Positions 19,096-29,477 of a DNA stretch of 64,000 nt are shown in pieces. A program made the translations under genes and the position numbers. The stretch is from an uncultured Candidatus Saccharibacteria bacterium (GTDB taxonomy: Bacteria; Patescibacteriota; Minisyncoccia; Phycocordibacterales; JACOZG01). Every line of letters starts with the position of its first letter. The first letter of the stretch is position 1. The stretch is taken from assembly GCA_964651115.1 (NCBI GenBank), contig CAZYXJ010000001.1, positions 42,273 through 106,272 of the forward strand. The letters are read 5' to 3'. The notes beneath the pieces are model-generated. The model worked only from the letters and a program-made list of their open reading frames with translations, had not been told where the DNA came from and made no database searches.

Positions 19096-20061
19096 ATGAT
19101 GGATAGCATGATTATTTTGCCCTCAAAACCAAAGATCGTCACTGATGAGCCAAAGAGTGGCGTTTTTGAGATTGAGGGTTTGCACCCAGGTTATGGTTAC
19201 ACCCTAGGTAATTCTTTGCGTCGAATTATTCTTTCCTCTTTGCCCGGCAGCGCCATTACTTCGCTGAAGATCGAAGGAGCGCCGCATGAGTTTTCTACTC
19301 TCTCGGGTGTTAAGGAGGACGTGATTATGCTCATTCTTAATCTCAAGAAGGTTCGCTTTGCTTGGGAGGGTAATGAGCCTCAACGCCTCTCGCTAACGGC
19401 TAAGGGTCAGAAGATGGTTACGGCGGGCGATATCGAAACTGGTGGTTTGGTGGAAATTCTTAATCCTAATCAGCCAATCGCGGCGCTCTCGGATAAGAAT
19501 GCCGAGATCTCGATCGAAATGACGGTCGAAAAGGGCCTGGGCTACTTATCGAAGGAGGCCATCCGCAAGGATCGCAACGAGATTGGAACGATTTTTGTTG
19601 ACGCCACGTTTACGCCGATTACCAAAGTTAGTTACGAGGTAGAAAATATGCGTGTCGGCGATCGAACGGATTATAATCGTTTGCGGATCGCGATCGAAAC
19701 TGATGGTACGCTCTCGCCCAAGATGGCCCTGGAGAAGTCGATCTACACCATGATCGAACAACTTAAGGCGATTGTTGGTTTTAAGGAAGAGGTTTTTGAG
19801 TCAGAATTGTCGGCTGGTCAAGACGCCGAAGAGTTGGATGCTGAAGGCAAGAAAGCCGATGGTGATTCTCTCAAGACGCGGATTGAGGATCTAGATCTTT
19901 CAGCTCGAACGATCAAAGCCCTCACCAACGAAGGCATTCGGACAGTTGGCGGCTTGGCGCGAAAGAAGGAGGCCGACCTCTCGGAGATCGCCGGCTTGGG
20001 AGATAAGGGAATCGCGGAAATTATCCAGGCCTTGAGTAATTTGGGAATTTCGTTAAAATAG
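19096..20061 (+). CDS. rpoA: DNA-directed RNA polymerase subunit alpha
   Basis: N-terminal dimerisation domain and C-terminal CTD (DLDLSARTIKALTNEGIRTVGGL). Confidence 0.95.
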   Translation: MMDSMIILPSKPKIVTDEPKSGVFEIEGLHPGYGYTLGNSLRRIILSSLPGSAITSLKIEGAPHEFSTLSGVKEDVIMLILNLKKVRFAWEGNEPQRLSLTAKGQKMVTAGDIETGGLVEILNPNQPIAALSDKNAEISIEMTVEKGLGYLSKEAIRKDRNEIGTIFVDATFTPITKVSYEVENMRVGDRTDYNRLRIAIETDGTLSPKMALEKSIYTMIEQLKAIVGFKEEVFESELSAGQDAEELDAEGKKADGDSLKTRIEDLDLSARTIKALTNEGIRTVGGLARKKEADLSEIAGLGDKGIAEIIQALSNLGISLK

Positions 20062-20067
20062 CCAGTT

Positions 20068-20418
20068 ATGCGACACAGCAATGCCAATCGAAAGTTTGGA
20101 CGAGAGCGCGGACAGCGCCGGGCTTTGCTGCGTTCTTTGGCCGAGAGCTTGATTAAGCACGGCCAGATCACCACTACCGAGGCTAAGGCTAAGGAGTTGC
20201 GTCCTTATGTGGAGAAGCTGGTCACTAAGGCTCGGGAGGGTACTTTGACGTCTCGTCGTCTCGTTACCTCCCGCTTGGGCACCGCTAAGCGAGCCGCGCC
20301 CCTGTTTGCGGGGTTGGCTGGTCGTTACAGTGGCCGCGCGGGCGGTTATACGCGGATTACTAAGTTGCCGCCACGCAAAAGTGATGGCAGTAAGATGGCT
20401 TTGATCGAATTTGTTTAA
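20068..20418 (+). CDS. rplQ: 50S ribosomal protein L17
   Basis: MRHSNANRKFGRERGQRRALLRSLAESLIKHGQITTTEAKAKELR. Confidence 0.95.
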   Translation: MRHSNANRKFGRERGQRRALLRSLAESLIKHGQITTTEAKAKELRPYVEKLVTKAREGTLTSRRLVTSRLGTAKRAAPLFAGLAGRYSGRAGGYTRITKLPPRKSDGSKMALIEFV

Positions 20419-20423
20419 ATTTT

Positions 20424-20786
20424 ATGACCACTTCGACTAACAACGAAATTACGATTGACGCCACGGGACGGAGCATTGGTCGCGTGGCCAGTGAGGCCGC
20501 CGTCATTTTGCGAGGCAAAAATTCTCCAGCTTTCCAGCGCCATCTTTTGCCAACCACGCGAGTGCACATCACTAACGCCAAGGCTTTGCGCATTAGCGAT
20601 AAGAAAGCCGGGGAGAAAATTTACACTCACTATACGGGTCATCCGGGTGGTTTGCGCCAAGTACCGCTCGCTCGCGTTTTGGCGAAGAAGGGTTACGGCG
20701 AACCACTTAAGAAGGCGATTTACGGAATGTTGCCTAATAATAAATTGCGTCGCCAAATCATGAAGCATCTAACTATTTCTGAATAA
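20424..20786 (+). CDS. rplM: 50S ribosomal protein L13
   Basis: L13 consensus (GRVASEAAVILRGK...YTHYTGHPGGLR). Confidence 0.95.
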   Translation: MTTSTNNEITIDATGRSIGRVASEAAVILRGKNSPAFQRHLLPTTRVHITNAKALRISDKKAGEKIYTHYTGHPGGLRQVPLARVLAKKGYGEPLKKAIYGMLPNNKLRRQIMKHLTISE

Positions 20787-20789
20787 TTT

Positions 20790-21197
20790 ATGACTGCCGC
20801 CAAAAAAGAAACCTACGTGGAAGCTATCGGACGTCGCAAGACGGCAGTGGCTCGGGTGCGTCTCTTGCCTGCCGCTAAGGGTGTTTTCCAAGTAAACGAC
20901 CGCGATTTTAAAGATTACTTCCCAACCGAATTATTGCAGACGGCCGTTCGTCGTCCTTTGGTAGAGGCTCAGATGGATGGGGCGATTTCGATCAGTGCTA
21001 AAATTGTTGGCGGGGGCATTAGTTCTCAGGCTGGCGCTTTGGCTCACGGTATTGCTCGAGCGCTCATTAAGCACAAGGAAGAGGTTAAGCCATCTCTGCG
21101 TCAGGGAGGCCATCTCACTCGCGATTCGCGCATGAAGGAACGCCGCAAGTTCGGTCTCAAGAAGGCCCGCAAGAGCCCACAGTGGTCTAAGCGCTAG
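20790..21197 (+). CDS. rpsI: 30S ribosomal protein S9
   Basis: GRRKTAVARVRL and the C-terminal tail GGHLTRDSRMKERRKFGLKKARKSPQWSKR. Confidence 0.95.
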   Translation: MTAAKKETYVEAIGRRKTAVARVRLLPAAKGVFQVNDRDFKDYFPTELLQTAVRRPLVEAQMDGAISISAKIVGGGISSQAGALAHGIARALIKHKEEVKPSLRQGGHLTRDSRMKERRKFGLKKARKSPQWSKR

Positions 21198-21199
21198 GT

Positions 21200-21228
21200 T
21201 GACAAACTCGTTTTTAGGGCTTAATATA
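21200..21228 (+). promoter_or_regulatory. sigma70-like promoter TTGACA-N17-TAATAT abutting the annotated grpE ATG
   Basis: TTGACA at about 21200-21205, a 17 nt spacer and TAATAT ending at the first ATG. If it is functional, the true grpE start is probably the downstream Met at about 21255. Confidence 0.35.
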
Positions 21229-21803
21229 TGGCTGCTTTAACCAGTTTTTTCCCTATGGTAAAAACCCACGATGAATCAAATGAAGATATTACGTTTGATC
21301 CTGAAGAGGAGTTAGACAATCCCGCTCAGAGTTTAAAAAAATTGCGGGAAAAACTGAGAGCTTGCCAAACGGAGCGGCAAGAATACTTGGATACCAGCCA
21401 GCGATTGCGAGCCGATTACCTTAATCTCAAACGAGAAGCCGAAAAAGATAAAGAAGAAATGGCGCGGTTCGCTAAGGGGGGATTGTTAATCGAATTATTG
21501 GATCTGGCGGATAGTTTCGAACTAGCTTTTGGCAACCGCGAAGTTTGGGAGAGTGTTAACGAGAACTGGCGTCGAGGGATTGAGTACATTTATTCTAAGT
21601 TAGTCACGATCTTTGAACAGAATGGTTTGACGGAAATCAACCCGTTGGGGCAAGACTTTAATCCCGCGGAACATCATGCCCTCGCCACAATTGACGTGGC
21701 TGGGGCGTCAGAAGATAATAAAGTGCTAGCTGTCATCCAAAAAGGTTATCGTTTGCACGGTCGAGTAATTAGACCAGCTAAAGTTAAATTAGGTCACAAA
21801 TAA
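21228..21803 (+). CDS. grpE: nucleotide exchange factor GrpE
   Basis: Coiled-coil N-terminus and GrpE C-terminal beta-domain ([22 protein letters not shown]). Confidence 0.85.
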   Translation: MAALTSFFPMVKTHDESNEDITFDPEEELDNPAQSLKKLREKLRACQTERQEYLDTSQRLRADYLNLKREAEKDKEEMARFAKGGLLIELLDLADSFELAFGNREVWESVNENWRRGIEYIYSKLVTIFEQNGLTEINPLGQDFNPAEHHALATIDVAGASEDNKVLAVIQKGYRLHGRVIRPAKVKLGHK

Positions 21804-21813
21804 TTTTATATTT

Positions 21814-23676
21814 ATGGCAAAAATTTTAGGCATTGATTTGGGAACGACTAATTCGGCAATGGCTTATGTGGAGGGTGGTGAGCCGCGCGTCCTCGAAAAT
21901 ATTGAGGGTGCTCGGACGACGCCTTCGATTGTGGCGCACGCCAAAAACGGTGAGCGTTTGGTGGGCTTGCTCGCCAAGCGCCAGGCCATCACTAATCCTA
22001 AAAACACCGTTCACGGCATTAAGCGATTGATGGGCCATCCATTCGAAGATCCTAACGTCCAGAAAGACAAGGAGATTGTTTCGTACGAGATTAGTCGCTC
22101 TGATGACGGTGGAGTTAAGGTGATGATGGGCGAAAAATATCATCGACCGGAAGAAATTTCGGCCATGATTTTGCAAAAGCTAAAGAAGGATGCCGAAGCC
22201 AAGTTGGGCGAAAAAATCGAAGAAGCGGTAATCACGGTGCCAGCTTATTTTGACGACGCCCAACGTCAGGCCACGCGTAATGCGGGAGAAATTGCCGGCT
22301 TTAAGGTGCGTCGGATTATCAACGAGCCGACGGCGGCCGCTTTGGCTTATGGTTTTAACAAAAAGAAAGACGAGCAGATCGCGGTCTACGACTTTGGCGG
22401 CGGCACCTTCGACATTTCGATTTTGGAAATTACGGGGGCTGAGGGTGAACAATCAATCCAAGTTAAATCAACTGACGGCGACTCACACATGGGTGGTGAA
22501 GATATTGACCAGGATATTATCCGCTGGATTGCCGATGAGTTTAAGAAAGAGACCGGGATTGATGTGACCAAAGATGAGTTGGCGCTTCAGCGTCTGAAGG
22601 AGGCCGCAGAAAAAACCAAGCACGAACTTTCGACGACGATCGAATCCGAGATTAATATTCCATTTATCGCTTCAGACACCTCTGGTCCGCGCCACCTAGT
22701 GCTTAAGATGACTCGCGCCAAATTGGAAGAGTTGGCGCAAAAATACATTGATCGTTCGATCGAAATTACCAAGCGGGCAGTGGCCGCTTCAGGTTACCAA
22801 GTGGGGGATATCGAAGAAATTATTATGGTTGGCGGCCAGACGCGGATGCCAGCGATTGTTGACGCGGTACGCAAGTTTTTCGGCAAAGAACCGAATCGTT
22901 CGATTAATCCTGATGAAGTGGTGGCCGTTGGCGCCGCCGTCCAGGCGGGCATCTTTCAGGGTGATGTTAAGGATGTGCTGCTTCTCGATGTGATCCCACT
23001 TTCTTTGGGTATTGAGACGCTCGGTGGCGTGTCGACTAAGTTGATTGAACGCAACACCACCATTCCCGCTTCGAAGTCGCAAATTTTCTCGACCGCGGCC
23101 GATAATCAAACTTCGGTTCAGATTAGAGTTTCGCAGGGTGAGCGTCAGATGTTTGCCGACAACAAGTTTTTGGGCGAATTTAATCTCGATGGCATCCCAC
23201 CATCACCGCGAGGCCTGCCGCAAATCGAAGTCACTTTTGACGTCGATGCCAACGGTATTTTGAGCGTTAAAGCCAAAGACAAGGCTAGTGGTAAAGAACA
23301 ATCGATTCGGATTGAGGCCCGCTCTGGTTTGACTGACGCCGAGATCGAAAAGATGAAAAAGGATGCCGAACTGCACGCGGAGGAAGATCGCTTAAAAAAG
23401 GATCAGGCCGAAACGCGAAATCAAGCCGAACAACTTAGCTACACCGCCGAGAAAGCGCTTAAGGATGCTACGGGGAAAATCGGTGATGACCTAGTCAAGG
23501 AAGTGCAAGAAAAAATTGATGAGTTAAAAAAGGTTAAGGAGGGGAGCGATGTCGCGGCCATTAAGACGGCGATGGAAGCTCTGAGCACGGCAATGCAAAA
23601 GATCGGTCCGGCCATGGGCGCCAATCAGTCTACGGACAATAATCCTACCACTAACCCTAATCCCACCCAAAATTGA
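21814..23676 (+). CDS. dnaK: chaperone DnaK (Hsp70)
   Basis: [25 protein letters not shown] and the full substrate-binding and lid domains. 620 aa. Confidence 0.97.
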   Translation: MAKILGIDLGTTNSAMAYVEGGEPRVLENIEGARTTPSIVAHAKNGERLVGLLAKRQAITNPKNTVHGIKRLMGHPFEDPNVQKDKEIVSYEISRSDDGGVKVMMGEKYHRPEEISAMILQKLKKDAEAKLGEKIEEAVITVPAYFDDAQRQATRNAGEIAGFKVRRIINEPTAAALAYGFNKKKDEQIAVYDFGGGTFDISILEITGAEGEQSIQVKSTDGDSHMGGEDIDQDIIRWIADEFKKETGIDVTKDELALQRLKEAAEKTKHELSTTIESEINIPFIASDTSGPRHLVLKMTRAKLEELAQKYIDRSIEITKRAVAASGYQVGDIEEIIMVGGQTRMPAIVDAVRKFFGKEPNRSINPDEVVAVGAAVQAGIFQGDVKDVLLLDVIPLSLGIETLGGVSTKLIERNTTIPASKSQIFSTAADNQTSVQIRVSQGERQMFADNKFLGEFNLDGIPPSPRGLPQIEVTFDVDANGILSVKAKDKASGKEQSIRIEARSGLTDAEIEKMKKDAELHAEEDRLKKDQAETRNQAEQLSYTAEKALKDATGKIGDDLVKEVQEKIDELKKVKEGSDVAAIKTAMEALSTAMQKIGPAMGANQSTDNNPTTNPNPTQN

Positions 23677-24740
23677 AAAATTACTACGAAATTTTAGGGG
23701 TCAGCAAAACCGCTTCTGGTGACGAAATCAAAAAAGCCTTCCACAAACTGGCGCACAAGTATCATCCTGATAAAAAAGATGGTAATGAAGCGAAGTTTAA
23801 GGAAGTGAACGAGGCGTACCAGATTTTGTCGGACGCCAAAAAACGTCAGCAGTATGATGCTTTTGGTTCTGGTGGCGGAGCCGGGTTTGATCCCAGTAAT
23901 TTTGCCGGTTTCGATTTTTCGGGTTTTACGCGCAACGCTGAAGGGGGAATTGAGTTTGACCTGGGGGATATTTTTGGCGAATTCTTTCGGGGCGGTGGCG
24001 GGCAGACTCGGGTCAAACGGGGGCGAGATATTTCGATCGACATTGCGATCTCTTTCGCTGAGGCGGTTTTTGGTACTTCGCGCGCCGTCTTGGTAAATAA
24101 AATTTCAGTTTGCGAAACCTGTAATGGTTCGGGCGCGGCGGCCGGGAGCAAAACAACGACCTGTAGCGTTTGCCAGGGACGAGGACGAGTCGATGAACAG
24201 CGTCGCTCTATTTTGGGCATGATCACCCAGACGCGTGAATGTGCTAAGTGCCACGGACGCGGGACGGTTGCCGAAAAATCTTGCACGACCTGTAGTGGCG
24301 CTGGGGTGCGGGAACGTTCTCAGGATATTAAAATTAGGGTTCCAGCTGGCGTCGAGAGCGGCGAGATGATCCGTTTATCTGGTCAGGGCGAGGCGGCGCC
24401 AGGCGGCGTGGCCGGCGACCTGTACGTTCGACTTCACGTGGAGAAGCATCCGATCTTTAAGCGGGCGGGCTTTGATTTGACGATGGACTTACCTTTAAAA
24501 TTAAGTGAGGCCCTGCTCGGTTGTGACCGCGATTTAGAAACCTTGGATGGGTCATTAAAACTTTCCATCCCCGCGGGAACTTCTTCGGGCGAGGTGCTAC
24601 GAGTTCGCGGTAAGGGTGTGCCCAGTGGCGGCGGCAATAAACGCGGTGATCTCTTGGTTAAGGTGGTGGTAAAAATCCCTGGTAAACTTTCCCGCAAGGC
24701 GAAAGACTTGGTAGAAAAATTACAAGCCGAGGGAATTTAA
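23673..24740 (+). CDS. dnaJ: chaperone DnaJ
   Basis: J-domain with HPD (YHPDKK), G/F region and four CxxCxGxG zinc-finger repeats. It starts with TTG, overlapping the dnaK stop (ATTGA). Confidence 0.9.
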   Translation: MKNYYEILGVSKTASGDEIKKAFHKLAHKYHPDKKDGNEAKFKEVNEAYQILSDAKKRQQYDAFGSGGGAGFDPSNFAGFDFSGFTRNAEGGIEFDLGDIFGEFFRGGGGQTRVKRGRDISIDIAISFAEAVFGTSRAVLVNKISVCETCNGSGAAAGSKTTTCSVCQGRGRVDEQRRSILGMITQTRECAKCHGRGTVAEKSCTTCSGAGVRERSQDIKIRVPAGVESGEMIRLSGQGEAAPGGVAGDLYVRLHVEKHPIFKRAGFDLTMDLPLKLSEALLGCDRDLETLDGSLKLSIPAGTSSGEVLRVRGKGVPSGGGNKRGDLLVKVVVKIPGKLSRKAKDLVEKLQAEGI

Positions 24741-24748
24741 AATCCGGC

Positions 24749-26320
24749 GTGAGTCTCATAAAAATTTCTAGAGTTCTAAAAGAGTACGGTCAACACACCG
24801 TTTTAAAAGACGTTTCTTTTGCGGTGGAGCGTGGCGATCGCTTGGCGCTGGTTGGGCATAACGGCAGTGGCAAAAGCACCTTGCTTAAATTATTGGCCGG
24901 ACAAGAAACGGAGGACTTCGGCTCAATTATTCGCGCCCAAGATTTGCGCCTCTCTTATTTGCCGCAAGATACGAGTTTATTGAGCGATCAGTTAGTCGCT
25001 GAATATTTGGCCGAAGTGGGAGACCGTCCACCACATCAAGTGGAAACCATTTTGGCGGGCTTTGGCCTGGACGTCAAAGTTTTGGATCGTTCGCTAAAAG
25101 AGTTAAGTAGCGGCCAAAAGACCAAGATTGCCCTGGCGCGCGTCTTGCTAGAAGAAGCCGATTTACTTTTGCTGGATGAGCCAACTAATAATCTCGACTT
25201 GCCCGCTCTGTTGTGGTTAGAAGAATTTTTGCTTCAGTCTCGCGCGGCCTACGTCGTGATCTCTCATGATCGCCAATTTTTAGATCGAGTCGCTGAAAAA
25301 ATTATTGAAGTTGATTGGCAAGATCATAGTTTGATTATTAACAAAGGTTCTTATAGCGACTATCGGGAACAGGAAGCTCGTCGTCGCGCTCATTTGAAAA
25401 GTGAGTACGAGACGCGTCAGGCTGAGGTCGAGCGGATCGCGGAGCGAGCCGCCAAACTCAAAGCCTTAGCTGAGGCTGGGCCGCGCTGGACCAGTACCGA
25501 CAACGACAAGCACGTGAAATTTTATCGTTCTCAACGGGTGGCTCGGACGGCCCGGACCGCCAAGACTCTCGAACGGCGGGCCTGGCGTCTAGATACCCTG
25601 GATGCCCCAATCGAGCGAGGACTTTTAGAACTGCCCCTCGCGAGCCACAAGCGCGGTGGCGCCTTTGATTTAGAGCTGATCGCCGCTACTACCGGCTATG
25701 CCAGCGGCTTTGAGCTAGGGCCGTGTGACCTGGACATCCGTTACGGGCATCGGGTGGGCATTATTGGTCTAAATGGTTCGGGCAAATCTACACTTTTAAA
25801 GTTGATTAAGGGCGAGGTGCCAGTCCTGGGCGGAGAGCGGAAGGTGGGCTCGGGCGTTAAGATTGGTGATCTGACCCAAGAGCACGAGAGTCTGCCGCGC
25901 GAACAATCCCTAGTAGATTTTTTACTCAATAAGACCTCGGCGGACCGCTCGCAGGTTTATGAAATCCTCACTCGATTTAGCTTTAATGCTGATCGAGCCA
26001 CCTCGCCGATAGGTACTCTTAGTCCCGGAGAACGCGCCCGGCTTATTTTGGCCTTGTTTACCATGATGGAAATTAACACTTTAATTCTGGACGAGCCAAC
26101 CAATCATTTGGATTTGGAAGCGTTGGAGGCACTGGAGGAGGCACTGGAAACCTTTACGGGTACCTTGATTGTCGTCTCGCATGATCGCTACTTTTTGGAG
26201 CGTTCTCGCCTCGAGCGCCTCTACCAAGTGACGGCCGGGACACTCGCGCCGATTGGTGATTATCAGGCCTACTTAGCCGCCGCCGAGACGCAGGCGAAAA
26301 AATTAATTCGCTTATTGTAA
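24749..26320 (+). CDS. ABC-F family ATPase (two tandem ABC domains, no TMD)
   Basis: Two Walker A motifs (GHNGSGKST, GLNGSGKST), two LSGG/LSPG signatures and an inter-domain linker. Confidence 0.85.
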   Translation: MSLIKISRVLKEYGQHTVLKDVSFAVERGDRLALVGHNGSGKSTLLKLLAGQETEDFGSIIRAQDLRLSYLPQDTSLLSDQLVAEYLAEVGDRPPHQVETILAGFGLDVKVLDRSLKELSSGQKTKIALARVLLEEADLLLLDEPTNNLDLPALLWLEEFLLQSRAAYVVISHDRQFLDRVAEKIIEVDWQDHSLIINKGSYSDYREQEARRRAHLKSEYETRQAEVERIAERAAKLKALAEAGPRWTSTDNDKHVKFYRSQRVARTARTAKTLERRAWRLDTLDAPIERGLLELPLASHKRGGAFDLELIAATTGYASGFELGPCDLDIRYGHRVGIIGLNGSGKSTLLKLIKGEVPVLGGERKVGSGVKIGDLTQEHESLPREQSLVDFLLNKTSADRSQVYEILTRFSFNADRATSPIGTLSPGERARLILALFTMMEINTLILDEPTNHLDLEALEALEEALETFTGTLIVVSHDRYFLERSRLERLYQVTAGTLAPIGDYQAYLAAAETQAKKLIRLL

Positions 26321-26323
26321 ATT

Positions 26324-27619
26324 TTGATGTTTGATTTTACCGAAAAAATTTATTGGGCGATCAAAGACCGTCATTCCCATCGCCAATTTGGCGGGGCGCC
26401 ACGATTGTGCGTGGTGAATTTGCCCCGTCCCTCGCCTCGCTGGGGGATTGAGGTCTATTCGCGGCTTGGCTGGTTGGCCGAAACCGATCAAGAGTTTGGC
26501 GCTCTGCATCTCCTCGAACATTATCTGGCTGGTAGTGTGCGCGAGGTGGTGACTCATCCCGCCCACACCAATGGCCACGTGGGCATGGATCGCATGGGTT
26601 TTGAGGCTGACTTCCATCGCGACCAAGCAGCCAGCTTGGTCGAAACCTATTTGGACGGCCTCTTTCGCCCCAAGTGGCACCGCCAAGATCTCTTGGCCTA
26701 CGAGCGCGACTCCATTCTTAACGAGATGAACGTCAAGACCCATGACTTAGAATATGCCATCTTTCGCGCTGTAACCAAACAACGTTTTGCGCCCAACTCG
26801 CGTTACGGTCGGGCCTCAGTGGAATCACTCGACTCGACCTTGGCTCTATCGCTCGACGATATCGTCAATACCTACGAACGCTGGCGCGAAAGTCCGCTGG
26901 TAGTTTTTTTGTGGGGCCATCAATTGCCAGCGGCGTTGGTTGATCGCGTTCGCCGCTATCTCGAAGCTTGTGAGCTTAAGCCCTGGCAAAAAGACACCTG
27001 GCCGTCGGTGGATTATTCCCCGAGGCACATCGAATTGCGCCCCGATCCTAGTATCCGCGGGGTCTACATTAGTCTCTCTTTTCCGGCGGGCACCTGCCAA
27101 GATCCCGATCGAGACCTCTTAGCTCAGCGACGCCTGGGGCAATTTATTACCAGCAATCATCCCAAATCGGGCTTTCGACGGTTGCGCGAGCAGGGGATCT
27201 ACTTTTTTCGTTACGAGGCCGCGCGCTTTGGCAGTGCTGGCTTTTGGATTTTTCATAGTTATTGTACGCGCGAGCAGTTGCCAAAAACGCTCGGCGCGAT
27301 TGCTGAGGTTTGGCGGGAGATTAAGAAAAATTCGGTACCGGAAGGATATCTTTTGGATCTAAAAAAAGAGTCGCACTTTGCCATTGAGCGCGAGTGGTAT
27401 CAGAACGATAGTCGATACGACTGGATCGTCTCGGACGTTTTAGAAAATGAGCCGATCAAAACGATCGCTCAAGAAAAGGCGGTGGTCAACTCGGTCACGA
27501 GCGAGGTAATCGCCACGGTGGCCAATCGCACCCTCGACTCAACCAAGCTCAATCTCACGCTTACCGGCGACGTCCAAGGACTAGATCAGCAAGCGATAAC
27601 CACGGCCCTAGAATTTTAG
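26324..27619 (+). CDS. M16 (pitrilysin/insulinase-like) zinc peptidase
   Basis: Inverted zinc motif HxxEH (ALHLLEHYLAG) and a downstream Glu-rich region. Confidence 0.7.
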   Translation: MMFDFTEKIYWAIKDRHSHRQFGGAPRLCVVNLPRPSPRWGIEVYSRLGWLAETDQEFGALHLLEHYLAGSVREVVTHPAHTNGHVGMDRMGFEADFHRDQAASLVETYLDGLFRPKWHRQDLLAYERDSILNEMNVKTHDLEYAIFRAVTKQRFAPNSRYGRASVESLDSTLALSLDDIVNTYERWRESPLVVFLWGHQLPAALVDRVRRYLEACELKPWQKDTWPSVDYSPRHIELRPDPSIRGVYISLSFPAGTCQDPDRDLLAQRRLGQFITSNHPKSGFRRLREQGIYFFRYEAARFGSAGFWIFHSYCTREQLPKTLGAIAEVWREIKKNSVPEGYLLDLKKESHFAIEREWYQNDSRYDWIVSDVLENEPIKTIAQEKAVVNSVTSEVIATVANRTLDSTKLNLTLTGDVQGLDQQAITTALEF

Positions 27620-27634
27620 TTACCTAATCTGTTT

Positions 27635-28111
27635 ATGTTTTATAAAAAAATTCTTACGTTCGTAAAAGAGGACCAGGCCGATCGAGCAATGATTCGGAAA
27701 AAATTGCCACCAAGCAAGAAGATGTTGTTGTGGTTAAAAAGACGAGATGAACAGCGATTGAAAGATATTTGTAAGCTTGGTGCTCAAAATTATCATAAAT
27801 TCTCAAAGAAAACCCTTTTCAATGTTGCTTTAATTATGACTCATGCTTTGCCACTAGAGCATCAGTTAGTTGCTGGAGTTATTGCCGATAGGAGCTATTC
27901 TTTAGGGTTTAAGCGGGCCGATAAACTAAGAAAAATAACAGCGGATAGAATATTGGTTTCAAAATATCAAAAACAAAAATATGGCACTCAGCAGCAATAT
28001 CTGAATGGTAAGTTTATTCCTTATCCGGTAAGTCATAAGCTGAAAGATCCGTTAATTGAATTAACCCCGGAAGAAAAAGAAGTTATTGTTGGAAAAGCGT
28101 TTTCTGTTTGA
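27635..28111 (+). CDS. hypothetical protein (low GC)
   Basis: 158 aa basic protein with no recognised family. This is the first gene of the low-GC block. Confidence 0.4.
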   Translation: MFYKKILTFVKEDQADRAMIRKKLPPSKKMLLWLKRRDEQRLKDICKLGAQNYHKFSKKTLFNVALIMTHALPLEHQLVAGVIADRSYSLGFKRADKLRKITADRILVSKYQKQKYGTQQQYLNGKFIPYPVSHKLKDPLIELTPEEKEVIVGKAFSV

Positions 28112-28113
28112 GG

Positions 28114-29442
28114 CTAGAGATACCCCCACTCGCGGAGTTTGTCCATGCCGCTTTTGATAAAACGATTGCCGATGTCGTTGCGGTAAAACATTTTAGGGAT
28201 GTACACTTTATTGGCCAAGCCATAAACTTTGTTTTGGGCCTGCTCGACTGTCTGACCCATACCCGTGATGTAAAGCACATAACCGCGATGATCGGAGATG
28301 TAATACTGGTTTTCTCCGGCGCGGAGAGCCATCTCTTCGAAGTGGAAGTGCCGCCACTCATCCTTTTTTAACTTGTCGTCAAAGTAGATATTCAAACCAT
28401 AGGGCGAGTTTTGGGGCAACTTCTTGTTGTGGGGGAAAGGGGGGACGGTGATCAAAATGACGATACCATAACCACGACGCCATTTGAGTTTATATGGTTC
28501 GCCTTTGGCCACGGCGTAAAGAAATTCCCCCCACGGCGACTGATGGATCTCGTCATGCAAATAAGTAATCGGTGAGCCAAAGCGAGGAGTCGCCTCAAGG
28601 GGGTAGGCACCCGTTTCGTTAACGATGCAATTGATATCGATATCGCCCCGGAAGCCAATCTCTTGTAAGTAGGGTTTGAGTTTAGCTAGGGTCTCTTGGA
28701 ATAATTTATTTTCTGCCTCGTTATCGTCATACCAAGCCAGGGTGCCCATCTCGCTAGTTGGGGGGCCAAGATCTCCCGGGAAGAACTTTTTGTGTTCTAC
28801 GTTCATCTCGATTGGACCAACCCAATCATTGCCGTTAAAGTAGCGGCCGACGCCAATTTCGACACCGTCGATACGCTCTTGGAGAGTAATCGCCCGCGCT
28901 TGGCTCTTGAGATTACGATTGTAGTTTTCTAAGACACTGGCCACATCACGACTATCGGCAAAATGAGAGACGTAGTTGAGACTTTTGGAAGCGTTGCCGT
29001 TCTGCTTGATTACCCACGCGCCACGATTATCTTTTAGGAATTGAATGGCGTCAAGAATATCTTTAAAGGTCTTGAGGGGGACCGTTTTGATTCCATATTT
29101 TGCAAAAATGGCCTGACCGTATTGACGATCAGACTCTAATTTATCCCCCAATTCACAACCCCCAAAAACTGTATAACCCTCTTTGCGCAAGTCGTCTTGG
29201 ACTTTTCCCGAGCCAATGTCGTCAAAAATAATTAGTCCATTCTTGCCGACCCAAAAGAGTTCCTGGCGCCAGTCTTGAGTCTTTTCGACCAAGCCAGAGA
29301 AGTTGGTTTGGGCCTCGGGGGGCAGATAGAGCCGGACACTGTGGCCCTCTTGCTTTAGACGCACCGCTAAGTGCGGGGCGATCATATTTTCGGACGATAC
29401 AAACAGGATATTCCTGGCAGTCATATGTTGTATTTCTAACAC
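28114..29442 (-). CDS. phosphoribosylamine--glycine ligase (PurD/GARS)-like ATP-grasp enzyme
   Basis: Collinear similarity to PurD: AWVIKQNGNASKS resembles IVIKADGLAAGKG, EATPRFGSP resembles EFNCRFGDPE, and the C-terminus GMGQTVEQAQNKVYGL...RNDIGNRFI resembles the PurD C-domain (ALGHTVAEAQKRAY...RKDIGWRAI). Confidence 0.65.
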   Translation of the reverse strand: MLEIQHMTARNILFVSSENMIAPHLAVRLKQEGHSVRLYLPPEAQTNFSGLVEKTQDWRQELFWVGKNGLIIFDDIGSGKVQDDLRKEGYTVFGGCELGDKLESDRQYGQAIFAKYGIKTVPLKTFKDILDAIQFLKDNRGAWVIKQNGNASKSLNYVSHFADSRDVASVLENYNRNLKSQARAITLQERIDGVEIGVGRYFNGNDWVGPIEMNVEHKKFFPGDLGPPTSEMGTLAWYDDNEAENKLFQETLAKLKPYLQEIGFRGDIDINCIVNETGAYPLEATPRFGSPITYLHDEIHQSPWGEFLYAVAKGEPYKLKWRRGYGIVILITVPPFPHNKKLPQNSPYGLNIYFDDKLKKDEWRHFHFEEMALRAGENQYYISDHRGYVLYITGMGQTVEQAQNKVYGLANKVYIPKMFYRNDIGNRFIKSGMDKLREWGYL

Positions 29443-29477
29443 ATAAACAGTATCACGTAAAGCCCCAGACTGTCAAA

